IMG/VR virus record: IMGVR_UViG_3300043395_000420
Coordinates: 29,246 to 93,245 of that record
Source: a virus
Reading direction: 5' to 3' (one strand)
Length of the DNA: 64,000 nucleotides
The notes under the pieces are model-generated. The model did not search any database. It was not told the origin of the DNA and saw nothing but the letters and a program-made list of their open reading frames with translations. Made by a program: the position numbers and the translations under genes. Positions within the stretch are counted from its first letter, which is position 1. Every line of letters begins with the position of its first letter. This document shows, in pieces, positions 20,584 to 31,600 of this stretch.

Positions 20584-23500
20584 TTATTTTTTTCTTCTAG
20601 CATTAACTTGTTGGTCATCGTACTGCGCAAGCATTAAAATATTTTGATCTAAGGCACTACGTAGTGTAGATAAATCTCCACCGGGTCCTAACTGAGGATA
20701 TAATTCTGAACCATAATATCCTCCAGGATTAGCTAAAACATATTCACCGTCTTTATATACTTTTGTATTATCGTATAAAACTCTATTCCCATTGATATCT
20801 TGTTTAATTTCATAATAACCAAACCTACTATTAGGGTTACCGATCATAATAGATCCTGTTAAATTAAGAGCAGCCTCATCTGTTGTAAGTTTAAACTGAT
20901 TAAACATCTGTGAATTAGCAGCACTCTTATCAAATATCATAGTAACTGCTCCTGTTGGATTAGGATTCTCATCTGCGGATCCAAGTAAATCATCCCATGC
21001 CGTTTTATTTTTTTTGCCAGAATTAGCATTCAAATAACCTGTATTAGGTATAAAAGTTATAGCAACTTTGTTTCCATCATTTGCTGCAATATTAAAGGCC
21101 TGCATTTTAAATGCTGCTCTATCTGCTTTACCTTTAGAATCTTTTTTACTAGAGTTCATAAATGCATCAACCAACTGAGCCATTGCCTGTTTTGCAGCAA
21201 ATTGACTTTCCTCAGATATGTCTTCAAGATTTTCTTTCATAATATCTGCACCTGATCCTGGTACGAATATAGCATTCATATCATATGGATATTCTAATGC
21301 ACGCATCACATCTGTCTGTATAGCATTAATTGCTAGTAGGTTTTCATTACTTGATGCTCCTAACATAGGATCAACATTATAACTCATACCTGTAGAAGTT
21401 TGTCCTGATGTACCTCCCATAGGATTAACATCAGTTCTAAGATATTTATTATATCTACCATCTTTGTTTGCCTTCCATAATGTTTCGGTCAAATTTTCAT
21501 ATACTTCCTCAGCATCACTCTTCATAACATCCATTCTAAATTTACTTACATCATATGGTCCTATACGTCCTACTTTTTGAGTAGGGTATGTTTGTAGATC
21601 ATTCATGTATGCTTCTTGATACCTTTTTACAAACTCTTCTTTAGTAACTTGCCAACCGTTATCAGGATTAATAAGTAAACCAAATCTCCAGTCATCTGCT
21701 TTTAGGTTATCTACAATATAATTAAGATTATATTTACGTGCTTCATTGTATTGATTTTCAATCTTTTGGCCTTGTTCATATGATGTTATAAGTCTATCAT
21801 ATGCTGTACCCATTTCACTTGCAGCAGAGTAGTATAAATCATTAAAGTCCTTAGAGTTTCTAAATGCCTTAATTCTTTCCATAGTTGATTTATAGTTGGA
21901 AGGATCATTAAAGTCATTTCTTTTATCTTGATTAGGATTAAATACATAATTGCCATTAGCATCTTTTGTTACATATCCTCCTTTTATAGTTACTGTTTTG
22001 TATGGATTTTCATCACCTACTGCCCAATCATATACTGCTTCAGGACCTGCTTGTAGCCAGTCCCATGCTCTTCTTCCAAAAGAACCTAGTTTATTTCTTG
22101 AATAGTCAAATGCTCCTGCTCCGGGTGATATACCTTGAACATAATTTTCAAAACTATTGCCAAACTCTGCCTTTGCATTAGCATCTAGTTCATCCCAGTC
22201 TTGTCTTAAATTTTCTTCATAGTTACCTATTTGTTCTTGTTTAAATTCTCCAACACCAAATAACTCTTCTATTTTTTTAGCAGCATACTGTTTTTGAGCA
22301 GCATTTCCATTTTGATGTAAATGATTTAAACTTTCAAAAATAGACTGAAAAGTAGCAGTTGATACTTCTCCTATACCTTGTTGAATTTGACTAATCTTTT
22401 CTTGTAATATTTCATCAGCCATTTTATTAGGATCTGTATTACCTTTACCATCTGGTATAGGTCTACCATTACCATTAGAACCCATTAGTTCCCTCATCAT
22501 CTTTTCTTCATCTGCGTTCCTTTTTCTGGTAAGTTTATCTTCATAATCCATTTCTGCTATACGCAGTCTATGATTATAGTCGGCCATTGCATAGGGGTCT
22601 GCTTCAGTTTTAACCTTTTTAGTACCCATTGCATAATCTCTAGCAGCCTTACCAATAGTTTCTGCATTATATAATTCTGATTTTAAATAATCAGCACGTC
22701 TACGTAATACATCTAAACTAACTCCTTCATTTACAGAAGGATCTGTCATTCCGGTTACATTATCAGCATCTGTTTTAGCCTGCTCAATAACTTTTTTCTG
22801 TTCATCTAATCCAAATAGTTGTTCCATGATATCACCATCTGTATCAGGATCAACACCATATGTAGCAGCATTAGACTTTTTGATAGTCTTTTTGTCTTCT
22901 ACATCTTTTAAATCTTGAGTAAGACTTTGCTGTAATGATTTATTATATTCATCTGCTGCTGTAAATACAGAGTTAATGTATTCTCTTTCAGCAGCCTCTT
23001 CTCCTACTTCAGCAGCTTTACTTGCTACATAACTTTTTCTATCTACATAAGACTGGGTATCATACATCCTTCTAATTTGAGGATCTTTACCAATTGTCAT
23101 ACTAAGATATGATTCTAAAGTAGGTATTAATTGCTCACCATTTGTGGTTATCATTTTATATCTACCATCTTTAGTAAGACTTGGATACTCCATATTAAAC
23201 ATATCTTTATATTTATATATGGTGTCCATTGCCGTTTTATACGCATTGGTATATGGTACGTATTCTGGATTCTGTATATTGAAGATATCATCTTTGGATG
23301 CCTTCATAAAATCCTGCTCTAAGTAACTTAATGCAGAATCCCCTACATCCCACCATCTTCCACCGCATTCTTTTTCATCCATGCAGTTTTTAAAATAGTT
23401 ACTTCTTCCCCTCTGAACATCCATTGCTCTACTAAATACTATGTCTCTTTGTAGATACTTATCATCTAAAAGGGGTTGAAATACCTGTAAAGCATTATTT

Positions 23501-23766
23501 ACATTCTCTATTTTAGATAGATCCATACCAGAGTACTTCTCTATATCATTTTGAATTCTGGTAAAGTAATCATCTCGAGCATCTGTAGTATCTTGTCTGG
23601 TAAGTCTTGAATTAAGAAGACTGCCATACAAACTACTTATCTTATTATATCCTGCCTGATACTGTGCTTGTTTTGCTTCAAGTAGATTTTGGTAAAAATT
23701 AAAATCCGGCTGAAACGGTTGTATCTGCGGAATGTAGTCTGTTGAACCTTGTAGATATGTTGCCAT
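20584..23766 (-). CDS. Putative virion cargo/ejection protein
   Basis: 1060 aa, helical, N-terminus MATYLQGSTDYIPQIQPFQPDFNFY; located in the cargo block. Confidence 0.65.
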   Translation of the reverse strand: MATYLQGSTDYIPQIQPFQPDFNFYQNLLEAKQAQYQAGYNKISSLYGSLLNSRLTRQDTTDARDDYFTRIQNDIEKYSGMDLSKIENVNNALQVFQPLLDDKYLQRDIVFSRAMDVQRGRSNYFKNCMDEKECGGRWWDVGDSALSYLEQDFMKASKDDIFNIQNPEYVPYTNAYKTAMDTIYKYKDMFNMEYPSLTKDGRYKMITTNGEQLIPTLESYLSMTIGKDPQIRRMYDTQSYVDRKSYVASKAAEVGEEAAEREYINSVFTAADEYNKSLQQSLTQDLKDVEDKKTIKKSNAATYGVDPDTDGDIMEQLFGLDEQKKVIEQAKTDADNVTGMTDPSVNEGVSLDVLRRRADYLKSELYNAETIGKAARDYAMGTKKVKTEADPYAMADYNHRLRIAEMDYEDKLTRKRNADEEKMMRELMGSNGNGRPIPDGKGNTDPNKMADEILQEKISQIQQGIGEVSTATFQSIFESLNHLHQNGNAAQKQYAAKKIEELFGVGEFKQEQIGNYEENLRQDWDELDANAKAEFGNSFENYVQGISPGAGAFDYSRNKLGSFGRRAWDWLQAGPEAVYDWAVGDENPYKTVTIKGGYVTKDANGNYVFNPNQDKRNDFNDPSNYKSTMERIKAFRNSKDFNDLYYSAASEMGTAYDRLITSYEQGQKIENQYNEARKYNLNYIVDNLKADDWRFGLLINPDNGWQVTKEEFVKRYQEAYMNDLQTYPTQKVGRIGPYDVSKFRMDVMKSDAEEVYENLTETLWKANKDGRYNKYLRTDVNPMGGTSGQTSTGMSYNVDPMLGASSNENLLAINAIQTDVMRALEYPYDMNAIFVPGSGADIMKENLEDISEESQFAAKQAMAQLVDAFMNSSKKDSKGKADRAAFKMQAFNIAANDGNKVAITFIPNTGYLNANSGKKNKTAWDDLLGSADENPNPTGAVTMIFDKSAANSQMFNQFKLTTDEAALNLTGSIMIGNPNSRFGYYEIKQDINGNRVLYDNTKVYKDGEYVLANPGGYYGSELYPQLGPGGDLSTLRSALDQNILMLAQYDDQQVNARRKK

Positions 23767-23834
23767 AGTTTATATTGTAAAGATACGAATAAACTTTATA
23801 AGTTTTAATAAAAGTTTTAAAGTTTAAAGTACTG

Positions 23835-26414
23835 TTAGTCTTGTTCTTCTTCTAAGTTTGGATATGATGTTAATGCTGGATTTCCATATATACCTCTTTG
23901 CATATTATACCAATCAGAATCATTACTAGATTTTGCACTACGTGATGATGTTCTCTTATTATAACCCGCCATCTCTTTTGCAATATCTGCTATTTCTTCA
24001 GAACTTAATTCTCCTAGTCTTTCATCTTCTCTTAGTCTAGCATAAATGTCTGCAAAACTATTTGCAACACCTGGCTCCATAGGAGTAGGTTTGTAATAGT
24101 ATAATGCTCCTGCTGCTGCCGGTGATATTTGATAATTAGGATATAGCATATTAAGATTATATGCCTGTGCCTCATTAGTTTTAGCCTGCACAAGATTATT
24201 TACAAATTCATTAGCTGCGGCACGTGTTGAGTTATCATAGTTTTGATTAACTGCTGTAAGTTCATCATAATATGTTTTAGCAAGTTGTACATTAGCAAGT
24301 CTTTCTTGATTTTCTACTGCTGCTTTTTGTTGTGCATAATTATTATATATACCAATGTTGGCATTATGAACTTGTCCAATAACATTAGCAGCATTTTCAA
24401 ACATATTACCAGACATACCGGTCATTTTACCGGGTATCTGTTGTGGAGAACTTGCTGCCAACGCATCTTTCATAATAGCAAGTTGTTCATTTCCAGCAGC
24501 AATCTGTCTTTCTGGAGTAAGATATGCTACCTCGGGAGACATTAAATCTACACTAAATTTATTAGGCATAAACTTTTGTAGACTTGCTAAGTTTCCTAAT
24601 GCTTGAGCCATCTTTAACTGATCCTGTAAAAACATTTCAGGAGGTGTATAAGATGGAACTTCTTGATCTTCTACAGGTTCGTATTCATAATCATACTCAT
24701 CATATGCATTTTCTTCTAATGTAGGATCTCCTTTAATACCTGCTAATTGTCCAGATGTTGTATTAGTATAAACAGCATCTACGGGAGATATATAAGGATT
24801 TTTGCCACCTTCATCTCCTTTACCTCTTTGAGCTTTCTTAAAATCAGGTAGAATATCGGTATCTGCGATATTTTCAAATGCCCAGTATGCGGCTTGTTGT
24901 GCAGCAGCATTTGTTGCATTAGGCATTTCTATACCTACATTCTTAGCATATTCATTTAGTGTTTTATTACTTACACCATATAACTTTTTAGTTAAATCAT
25001 TGTCAGGACTATTAGGTGCTTTAGAAACATCATAACCATGTGCTACAAATGCAAGATTTCTTTTTTGCATTTCTAAGAACTGGTCTCTTACTTCTTCCGG
25101 ACTTAGTTTTTTAAGATCTTCTATTTCAACACCTCTTTGCGTTAAACTCTGTTCTCTATATGCTTTTTTATCATCAAATACTTTTGAATACTCATTATAT
25201 AAAGCATCCATTACAGCAGGATCTTGAAGACGTTGCTTTAAATATTCATACCTATTAGCAATATCTTTTTTACCCTTAAATGTTTTATCAAGATCATCCC
25301 CTGTATATTCCGGAAACTGAAATGCTTTACTTACAACTTTTTTATAATTACCGTCTTTGTCTAAAATAAAGACTTTACTTTTATCAGATGCTGCATTATA
25401 TTTTTCTCTTTTAGCTTTTTGGTATGCTGCTTCTGTATCATAATCAGCTCTTCTAATAATAATAGCATCTTTTGGAATAGGTCTTTTTACTTTTTTCTTT
25501 TTTCTTGTTCCTCCACCCGATGCATATTCTACTAAACCACCGTTTTTAAACTCATCAGGCATGATACCTTCAGGTGCCGGATTACCATTTCCATCATAGA
25601 ATACGGGTCCTCCTTCTTCCATATAAAGATACACTCCTTGTGTAGGATCGAATTCATTATTCTTTTTACGGATACCTTGAATAAAATTATTAAGACGTGC
25701 TGTACGTCCTCCATATTTCATAGGTGCTTCATCAAGTTCTTCTTCATACATTTCAGGAGACTCTTCCATTTCTTCTTGAGGAAGTTGTCCTTGATTATTC
25801 ATTCCAGGAACTGGAGGTAGTACATCTTCTGGACGTACTCCAATACTCATTAAATATGGAGTTGCTATTACAGGAATACCTCCAGGGTATCCTTTCATAG
25901 ATTCTTGAATTAAGGCTAACTTTCCTAGTTTAAGATTAAACTGCTTAATCATATTTTCAGCAGTAAGTTTTGCTAATTTATCTTCAGTAGGATCCGCAAG
26001 TATTTGTCTATATTTATTAATGTTATAGTTCTTAGCAATCTCTGCTGGAGTATAACCTTTCTTTTTTATAGGCATACTAAACTCTTTCTGTATATCAGGA
26101 TCTTTAATACGCATACTTGCTGTATCACTAAATATAAAAGAGTCCGGTGGTACGGATAAAGGCACACCTCCCTCATAGTGACGTTTACCGTTTATTTTAT
26201 AATGAGCTGGTAAGTCATCAACATTAGGAACATATACTGTCTCTCCTCCCTCTGCTTCTATATTTGCTTCGTCTCTTGGTACTCCGGATAAACTGCTTCT
26301 AAGACTTATAGGTTTCTCTGAACTATTATTTTGAATATAGGTAGGTGCCATTTGTGTAAATGGAAATCCTCCTTTTTTCATATTAGGTAATGAAGTTATT
26401 TTAACTTTTTTCAT
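23835..26414 (-). CDS. Putative cargo protein (crAss cargo-protein-1-like)
   Basis: 859 aa. ANIEAEGGETV...GKRHYEGGVPL...FIFSD motif is typical of crAss-like cargo proteins. Gln/Asn/Ala-rich C-terminal helix; several xxGG motifs. Confidence 0.7.
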   Translation of the reverse strand: MKKVKITSLPNMKKGGFPFTQMAPTYIQNNSSEKPISLRSSLSGVPRDEANIEAEGGETVYVPNVDDLPAHYKINGKRHYEGGVPLSVPPDSFIFSDTASMRIKDPDIQKEFSMPIKKKGYTPAEIAKNYNINKYRQILADPTEDKLAKLTAENMIKQFNLKLGKLALIQESMKGYPGGIPVIATPYLMSIGVRPEDVLPPVPGMNNQGQLPQEEMEESPEMYEEELDEAPMKYGGRTARLNNFIQGIRKKNNEFDPTQGVYLYMEEGGPVFYDGNGNPAPEGIMPDEFKNGGLVEYASGGGTRKKKKVKRPIPKDAIIIRRADYDTEAAYQKAKREKYNAASDKSKVFILDKDGNYKKVVSKAFQFPEYTGDDLDKTFKGKKDIANRYEYLKQRLQDPAVMDALYNEYSKVFDDKKAYREQSLTQRGVEIEDLKKLSPEEVRDQFLEMQKRNLAFVAHGYDVSKAPNSPDNDLTKKLYGVSNKTLNEYAKNVGIEMPNATNAAAQQAAYWAFENIADTDILPDFKKAQRGKGDEGGKNPYISPVDAVYTNTTSGQLAGIKGDPTLEENAYDEYDYEYEPVEDQEVPSYTPPEMFLQDQLKMAQALGNLASLQKFMPNKFSVDLMSPEVAYLTPERQIAAGNEQLAIMKDALAASSPQQIPGKMTGMSGNMFENAANVIGQVHNANIGIYNNYAQQKAAVENQERLANVQLAKTYYDELTAVNQNYDNSTRAAANEFVNNLVQAKTNEAQAYNLNMLYPNYQISPAAAGALYYYKPTPMEPGVANSFADIYARLREDERLGELSSEEIADIAKEMAGYNKRTSSRSAKSSNDSDWYNMQRGIYGNPALTSYPNLEEEQD

Positions 26415-26415
26415 A

Positions 26416-28608
26416 TTAATCTATATATTCAATAATTGCACCGCCTGCTTTTAGTTGTTTAATGGTAGCATCATCAAGGAAGTATACACCTCCTTCTTCA
26501 TACATTTCTCCACCTGACTTTCCGTAGTACATGTTGAAATTACGTTTGTCGGGGAACTGATTACCAAATTGATCATATACTCCTTTATCACCGGTAACAG
26601 GATTGACAAGATTTTCATATCCAAACTTGTTCATTACGTCACCTTTTTTCTGTTTTGCAGCATCTCTTCTATTAGCTGCCATTTCCATAATAGGAGCAAT
26701 GTAGGCACCCATTCCAAAGTTTTGACCCATTGTAATATCCTGACCAGTATTTATCCAGTTTTGTTCAGGAAGTTCTGGTGCTTTACCTATAGGCATTGTT
26801 GTTTGAGCAGTAGCTGCTTGATTATAACCTAAACCTTGGTTATTACCAACATCTTCTCCTGTGTCAATCTCCCACATACCGGGATCAAATACCTCACTAG
26901 GTCCTTGGTCTCCCTGATACTTTCTCATGAATTTAGTAAGACCTCCTCTTCTGTATGTTTCTACCATAGGAGACATACCTTGTTGTCTAATAGGACCGTA
27001 GGGCATGTCATCTGGTGAAAGATTAACAGGCGTACCATCATATACGTCAGAAAACGTTACTATTCTATTTGATGGATTTGCTGTATTTATTCTAGCAGGT
27101 ATAGGAGTAGGATTATCTATCCATTCACTATCCATTTCCTGTTGTTTCAATGCTTCTATTTCGGCCTTTAACTCTTCTGTTGTTCTTGGTATATCAGATG
27201 ATACAAAATTCATAGGAGTACCAAAAGGATTTTGGGGAGTAGATATACCACCTATCGGATTTGTAGTTGTAATCTTTGCAGGAGGTACAACTCTAGGTAA
27301 AAATCCAGGTTTTACTGGAGAACTTGGCATTTTATCTTTATTTCCTAAAACCAAACCTTCCCATTCATCAGGATATATATTATAAGGATCTTTAGGATTG
27401 ACCGGTTTAGTCTCAGTAGTTTTTTTATTATCACCTACCCCAGGAGCATTTTGCCATTTCTTCCATACATCACTGTTATCTGCTATAATAGATGCTGCAC
27501 CATTGGGCATAGATGCCATACCAGACATCATTGCAGGAGGCATCTGACCTTTCTTACCAAACTCATAATGGTATGTTCTTTCTCTAAGTTGTCCGGGACG
27601 ACCGGGATCAGAACTACCTGTTAATAAGTTTCCAAATCTACTTGCCGCATTCCATCTATATTTATCTCTAATATCCATAACAGACAATCTTGCCTGCATA
27701 TCTTTTACACTACTTTCATTATTTTTGATATCTTCTTCTTCATCAGCAATTTCTTGTTCTTCTTCCGGAGAACAGTTACCTGATGCACATTTAGATTTCT
27801 TACCTTCTAATGCTTCTATTCTTTTATTTTGTTCATCAATCTTTGCTAATAACTCCTCATTAGTTAAGGGTTTACTTTCTTCTTGCTTTTCTCCTGTATC
27901 AACGTCTGACTGAAATGTTTGAAGACCATACTTAGCTAAACCTAAGTCTTTAGGTAACATTGCTTTATATGGATCAGGCATGTTAATAGGTTGCGCATCT
28001 TCTTGCATATATGGATTAGCAAGATCATATGTATGTATTTTTTTAGCATAAGGTGTAGAATTAGCCATTGCGGTCATACGCATGTTATTTGCTAAATCAT
28101 ATACCTTATCGGCATTTACCTTACTATACATATTATTATAGTTATTCAAAAAGTTGCTGGCCTTACTAAAGTCCATACCTGTAAAGGCATCACTATTAGA
28201 TACTGTATGTGGACCCCCATCTTGAAACACACCTTTCTCTTGAGCCATGTTCATGGCATCTTCCATTAACCTTTTTTCATTTGCCCGGGCTGCCATATCC
28301 TTGACTTTACCCATAAACTTATCTAGTTTATTAATATAGAAGTTTGGTGCTACATGGTTATTAGTAATACCTCCTTCGGCCATATATCCCATTCTTGCAG
28401 CATCAGATACTTGTCTATCTATAAAACTAGAACCCATGTTCATCATAGGAAGTTGTCCGGTTTGCATTGCCATGTTAGACATTCCGGAAGTCATACTTCC
28501 TCCTACCTGCATGGTAAATGGTACTTGTGGGGTAGGATGTCCATAGTTAAAGAACTGTTGCATTGATGCTACTTGAGGAAATACCTCTCTGTTTGTACGC
28601 TTATTCAT
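26416..28608 (-). CDS. Hypothetical low-complexity virion-internal protein with xxGG motifs
   Basis: 730 aa, Met/Pro/Gln/Gly-rich; contains MQVGG, MAEGG, FQDGG, YRRGG, GKSGG and YEEGG. Tightly coupled to its neighbour. Confidence 0.65.
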   Translation of the reverse strand: MNKRTNREVFPQVASMQQFFNYGHPTPQVPFTMQVGGSMTSGMSNMAMQTGQLPMMNMGSSFIDRQVSDAARMGYMAEGGITNNHVAPNFYINKLDKFMGKVKDMAARANEKRLMEDAMNMAQEKGVFQDGGPHTVSNSDAFTGMDFSKASNFLNNYNNMYSKVNADKVYDLANNMRMTAMANSTPYAKKIHTYDLANPYMQEDAQPINMPDPYKAMLPKDLGLAKYGLQTFQSDVDTGEKQEESKPLTNEELLAKIDEQNKRIEALEGKKSKCASGNCSPEEEQEIADEEEDIKNNESSVKDMQARLSVMDIRDKYRWNAASRFGNLLTGSSDPGRPGQLRERTYHYEFGKKGQMPPAMMSGMASMPNGAASIIADNSDVWKKWQNAPGVGDNKKTTETKPVNPKDPYNIYPDEWEGLVLGNKDKMPSSPVKPGFLPRVVPPAKITTTNPIGGISTPQNPFGTPMNFVSSDIPRTTEELKAEIEALKQQEMDSEWIDNPTPIPARINTANPSNRIVTFSDVYDGTPVNLSPDDMPYGPIRQQGMSPMVETYRRGGLTKFMRKYQGDQGPSEVFDPGMWEIDTGEDVGNNQGLGYNQAATAQTTMPIGKAPELPEQNWINTGQDITMGQNFGMGAYIAPIMEMAANRRDAAKQKKGDVMNKFGYENLVNPVTGDKGVYDQFGNQFPDKRNFNMYYGKSGGEMYEEGGVYFLDDATIKQLKAGGAIIEYID

Positions 28609-28648
28609 AATTGCGCTAATATACTGTTTATATATAAGATATTAAAAT

Positions 28649-31600
28649 TTACTTGTTTTTCCTAGGAAGACTCTTGATCTTTACTTTCTTTATAGCACCA
28701 CCGTTCTTTTTAAAATAAAAGTCTCTACCATCAGGATTTGATATACCATCAGGTATCATGTTTTTAGCTGAAGTTTTATATAAAATTTCTTCTTTACTTT
28801 TATTAGGTATAGGTAATAATCCAATTGTTGCACCATATGCATTATTAAATATATCTTCTAATGCTTCTCTTCCTTTATACTTTAATGGTCTATTATCATT
28901 AAATATTGTACCTAGTTCATGTCCTACTCCCATAGCATTTGCACCTAACCAACCTAATGCTGGAGAAATTACAGGTATGTTTCCTGTTTTCTTTGCTATA
29001 GCTTGTTGAGTATACATACCAGCTAAAGGATGTCTAAAATTATCTACTGGATCTTCTCCTGGTTCTATTCCTTCTTCTGCTTCACGAGCTGCTTTACCCA
29101 TAGGATCTCCTAATGATTTATTTAATCTATCCTCATATGACATTCTTGTTTCAATAACAGGTAAAGATCTTTCACTATGCGTAGATTCCCAGATATCATT
29201 TTCCGGATTATATATCATAGAAAACTTTTGCAATTCTGTATTAGGAATAACATTACCTTTTGAATCTATATATCTAGCATATGTTTTAAAATTCGGATCT
29301 AAATATATACTTTCACCTGTTGGTGTTTTGTATTCTTTACCTTTAGCACCACCATCTTGCATTCTTACTAGACCTCCATTCTTAAATTCATATTGACCTA
29401 GATAGCTACCACCATTTTTGAAACTAACAAACTGTTTATTGACAGCTGGTTTATCTGTTTGACTTTCATAAAGTTTAGAACCTAGATAACCTGCACCTAT
29501 TGCAGGTACTGCAACTGGTAATATTTTAATTGCAGCTCTTTTTTCTGCTAAAGATGTTTCTGGTTTAAAATGTTTATTGAGATTTCCTTCTTCAATTAAG
29601 TAATCTGTAAAATCATCTCTATCCTGTTTAAGAATTTTTACAGCTTCTTCCATAGATATACCGTGATCTTTCATCATATCTTTAGCAGTTTTTAATCTAG
29701 CTTTACCTAATTCTGAATGTAATTCTCCAAGACCTGATAACCATGTTTGATAAGTATATTTACCATTATCAGGAGCGGTTGGTTCTACCATAATACTTTT
29801 AAACATTTTAGCTAAATCATTTTTATCATGATTTACATAATAAGCGTAATTAGGATCATGGTGTTGTACAGCATCTATCCAGTTATTAATTAACTGTCTA
29901 TCATGATTTATTTCATGAATACCTACCCCACCTACTTCAGTAGGATTAACCAACATATTTTGCTCTAAATCAACTAATGATTTTTTAGTTTTTGTTTTAA
30001 AAGGATTTGACCAACTCCAAGGTAATTTTTCTTTTTTTATGTGAGTTGTTATAATAGGTTTTTTTCTAGTACCTAATGTAATTGTACTATTATTTAGTCT
30101 AACACCGCCTATATCGTCAATATTTTGTCTTAAAAAGAGTTTTTCAAGTTCTAACAAGTTTTGAAAACTAGGGTCATCCTCATTAAAATATACTAACTTG
30201 TTTCTTTCATCATTTGGTAAAACCACTTGTAGTTTATCAATATCATAATCATTATTTGCTTTCTTTAACTCTAATGCTTTTCTTTCAAATTCAGGATCAT
30301 ATATACTAATACTATTTTTTAAATCATCTATGGCTTTATCTAATTCGGCTTTTTCATTAAAAGTAGTTAACCATAGAGTATTTTCTTGTCTTTCTAATGC
30401 TTCTTTTTCATCTGTTAATCTTGCAAGATTTTTTCCTTCTGTATCACTAGCTAATTCTAATTCTATTTCATTAGATCTTTTATCCAACTCAGCTACTTTA
30501 TCATAATATTCTTTATCTTTAATAGCTTTTGCATCCTTAAGTTTTTGTATTTCAGGTTTTATTTTTTCATAATCTTCTAAACCTTGCTTACTATATGTCC
30601 ATAATTTATCAAACTCTGTAGCTTCATCAAATGCTTTTTGTTGGTCTGCTCTTGTAAAACTTTTTGAATAACCCGATTCAGGTACTCTGTCTATACTTAC
30701 TTTTTGACGTTCTAAATCTTGCAGACCTTCTAACTCTATTTCGTCTAAACTCTTACCAATTTTGTTTTCTTTAAAAAATTCATCTATAGTACGATTGTTA
30801 TATACTTTAGAAGGTATGTTTTTTGAAACTTTTTTTGCAATTGACCCAAATGGTAAAAATCCTGCAATGTTTAGTCCTGCTTCTCCAGCACCACCCCAAG
30901 TAGTATATGTTTCTTTTTCTCCTAAGTCTCTACCAACTCTTCCTATATCCATTAGTACAGATGCAGGATTGAATGCTCCTATTATATCACTCATAGGAGA
31001 TGATGTAGGATAGTTACCACTTAGGTTACCTTGTGGTATATAACCTCTTTGTATCAATGATCCTAATGCATCAAGAGGTTGATCCATTGCATAAATAAAC
31101 TGGTGCTTTAATCTTTCAAAACCTTCAGGTGCAGGTTTAAGAGTCCCTTGTTGATCTGCCAAATATTTTTCAAAATCTTCTTTTTTAGTATCTATTACTA
31201 AAGGTGCCATTGATGTACCAGATTCCCATATATTATCTTGCACATCAAATAAAGACATGTTCTGATCTGGCGTTATAGCATTACCTTTTTCATCTACATA
31301 GTAACGTTGGTTCTTAAACCTAGGATCTAAATATAAACTTTGTCCTGTAGGAGTTTTATACTCTCTCCAACCTTTACCTTTAGGACTAACTTGACTTGGT
31401 GAGTCATCTCCCTGCATCTTTACTAACCCACCGTTTCTAAACATATACTTTCCTAAGTAAATACCTCCACCGGTTTCCATTGCACTTAAACCTTTAGTAT
31501 ATAAATTCTGATGACCTCTTGATCTATTCTCCCATTTTTCAGGAGTAATTCTCCAACTTCTAATAGGTTCAAGTGCTTTTTCACCAGGTGTTCCTAAATG

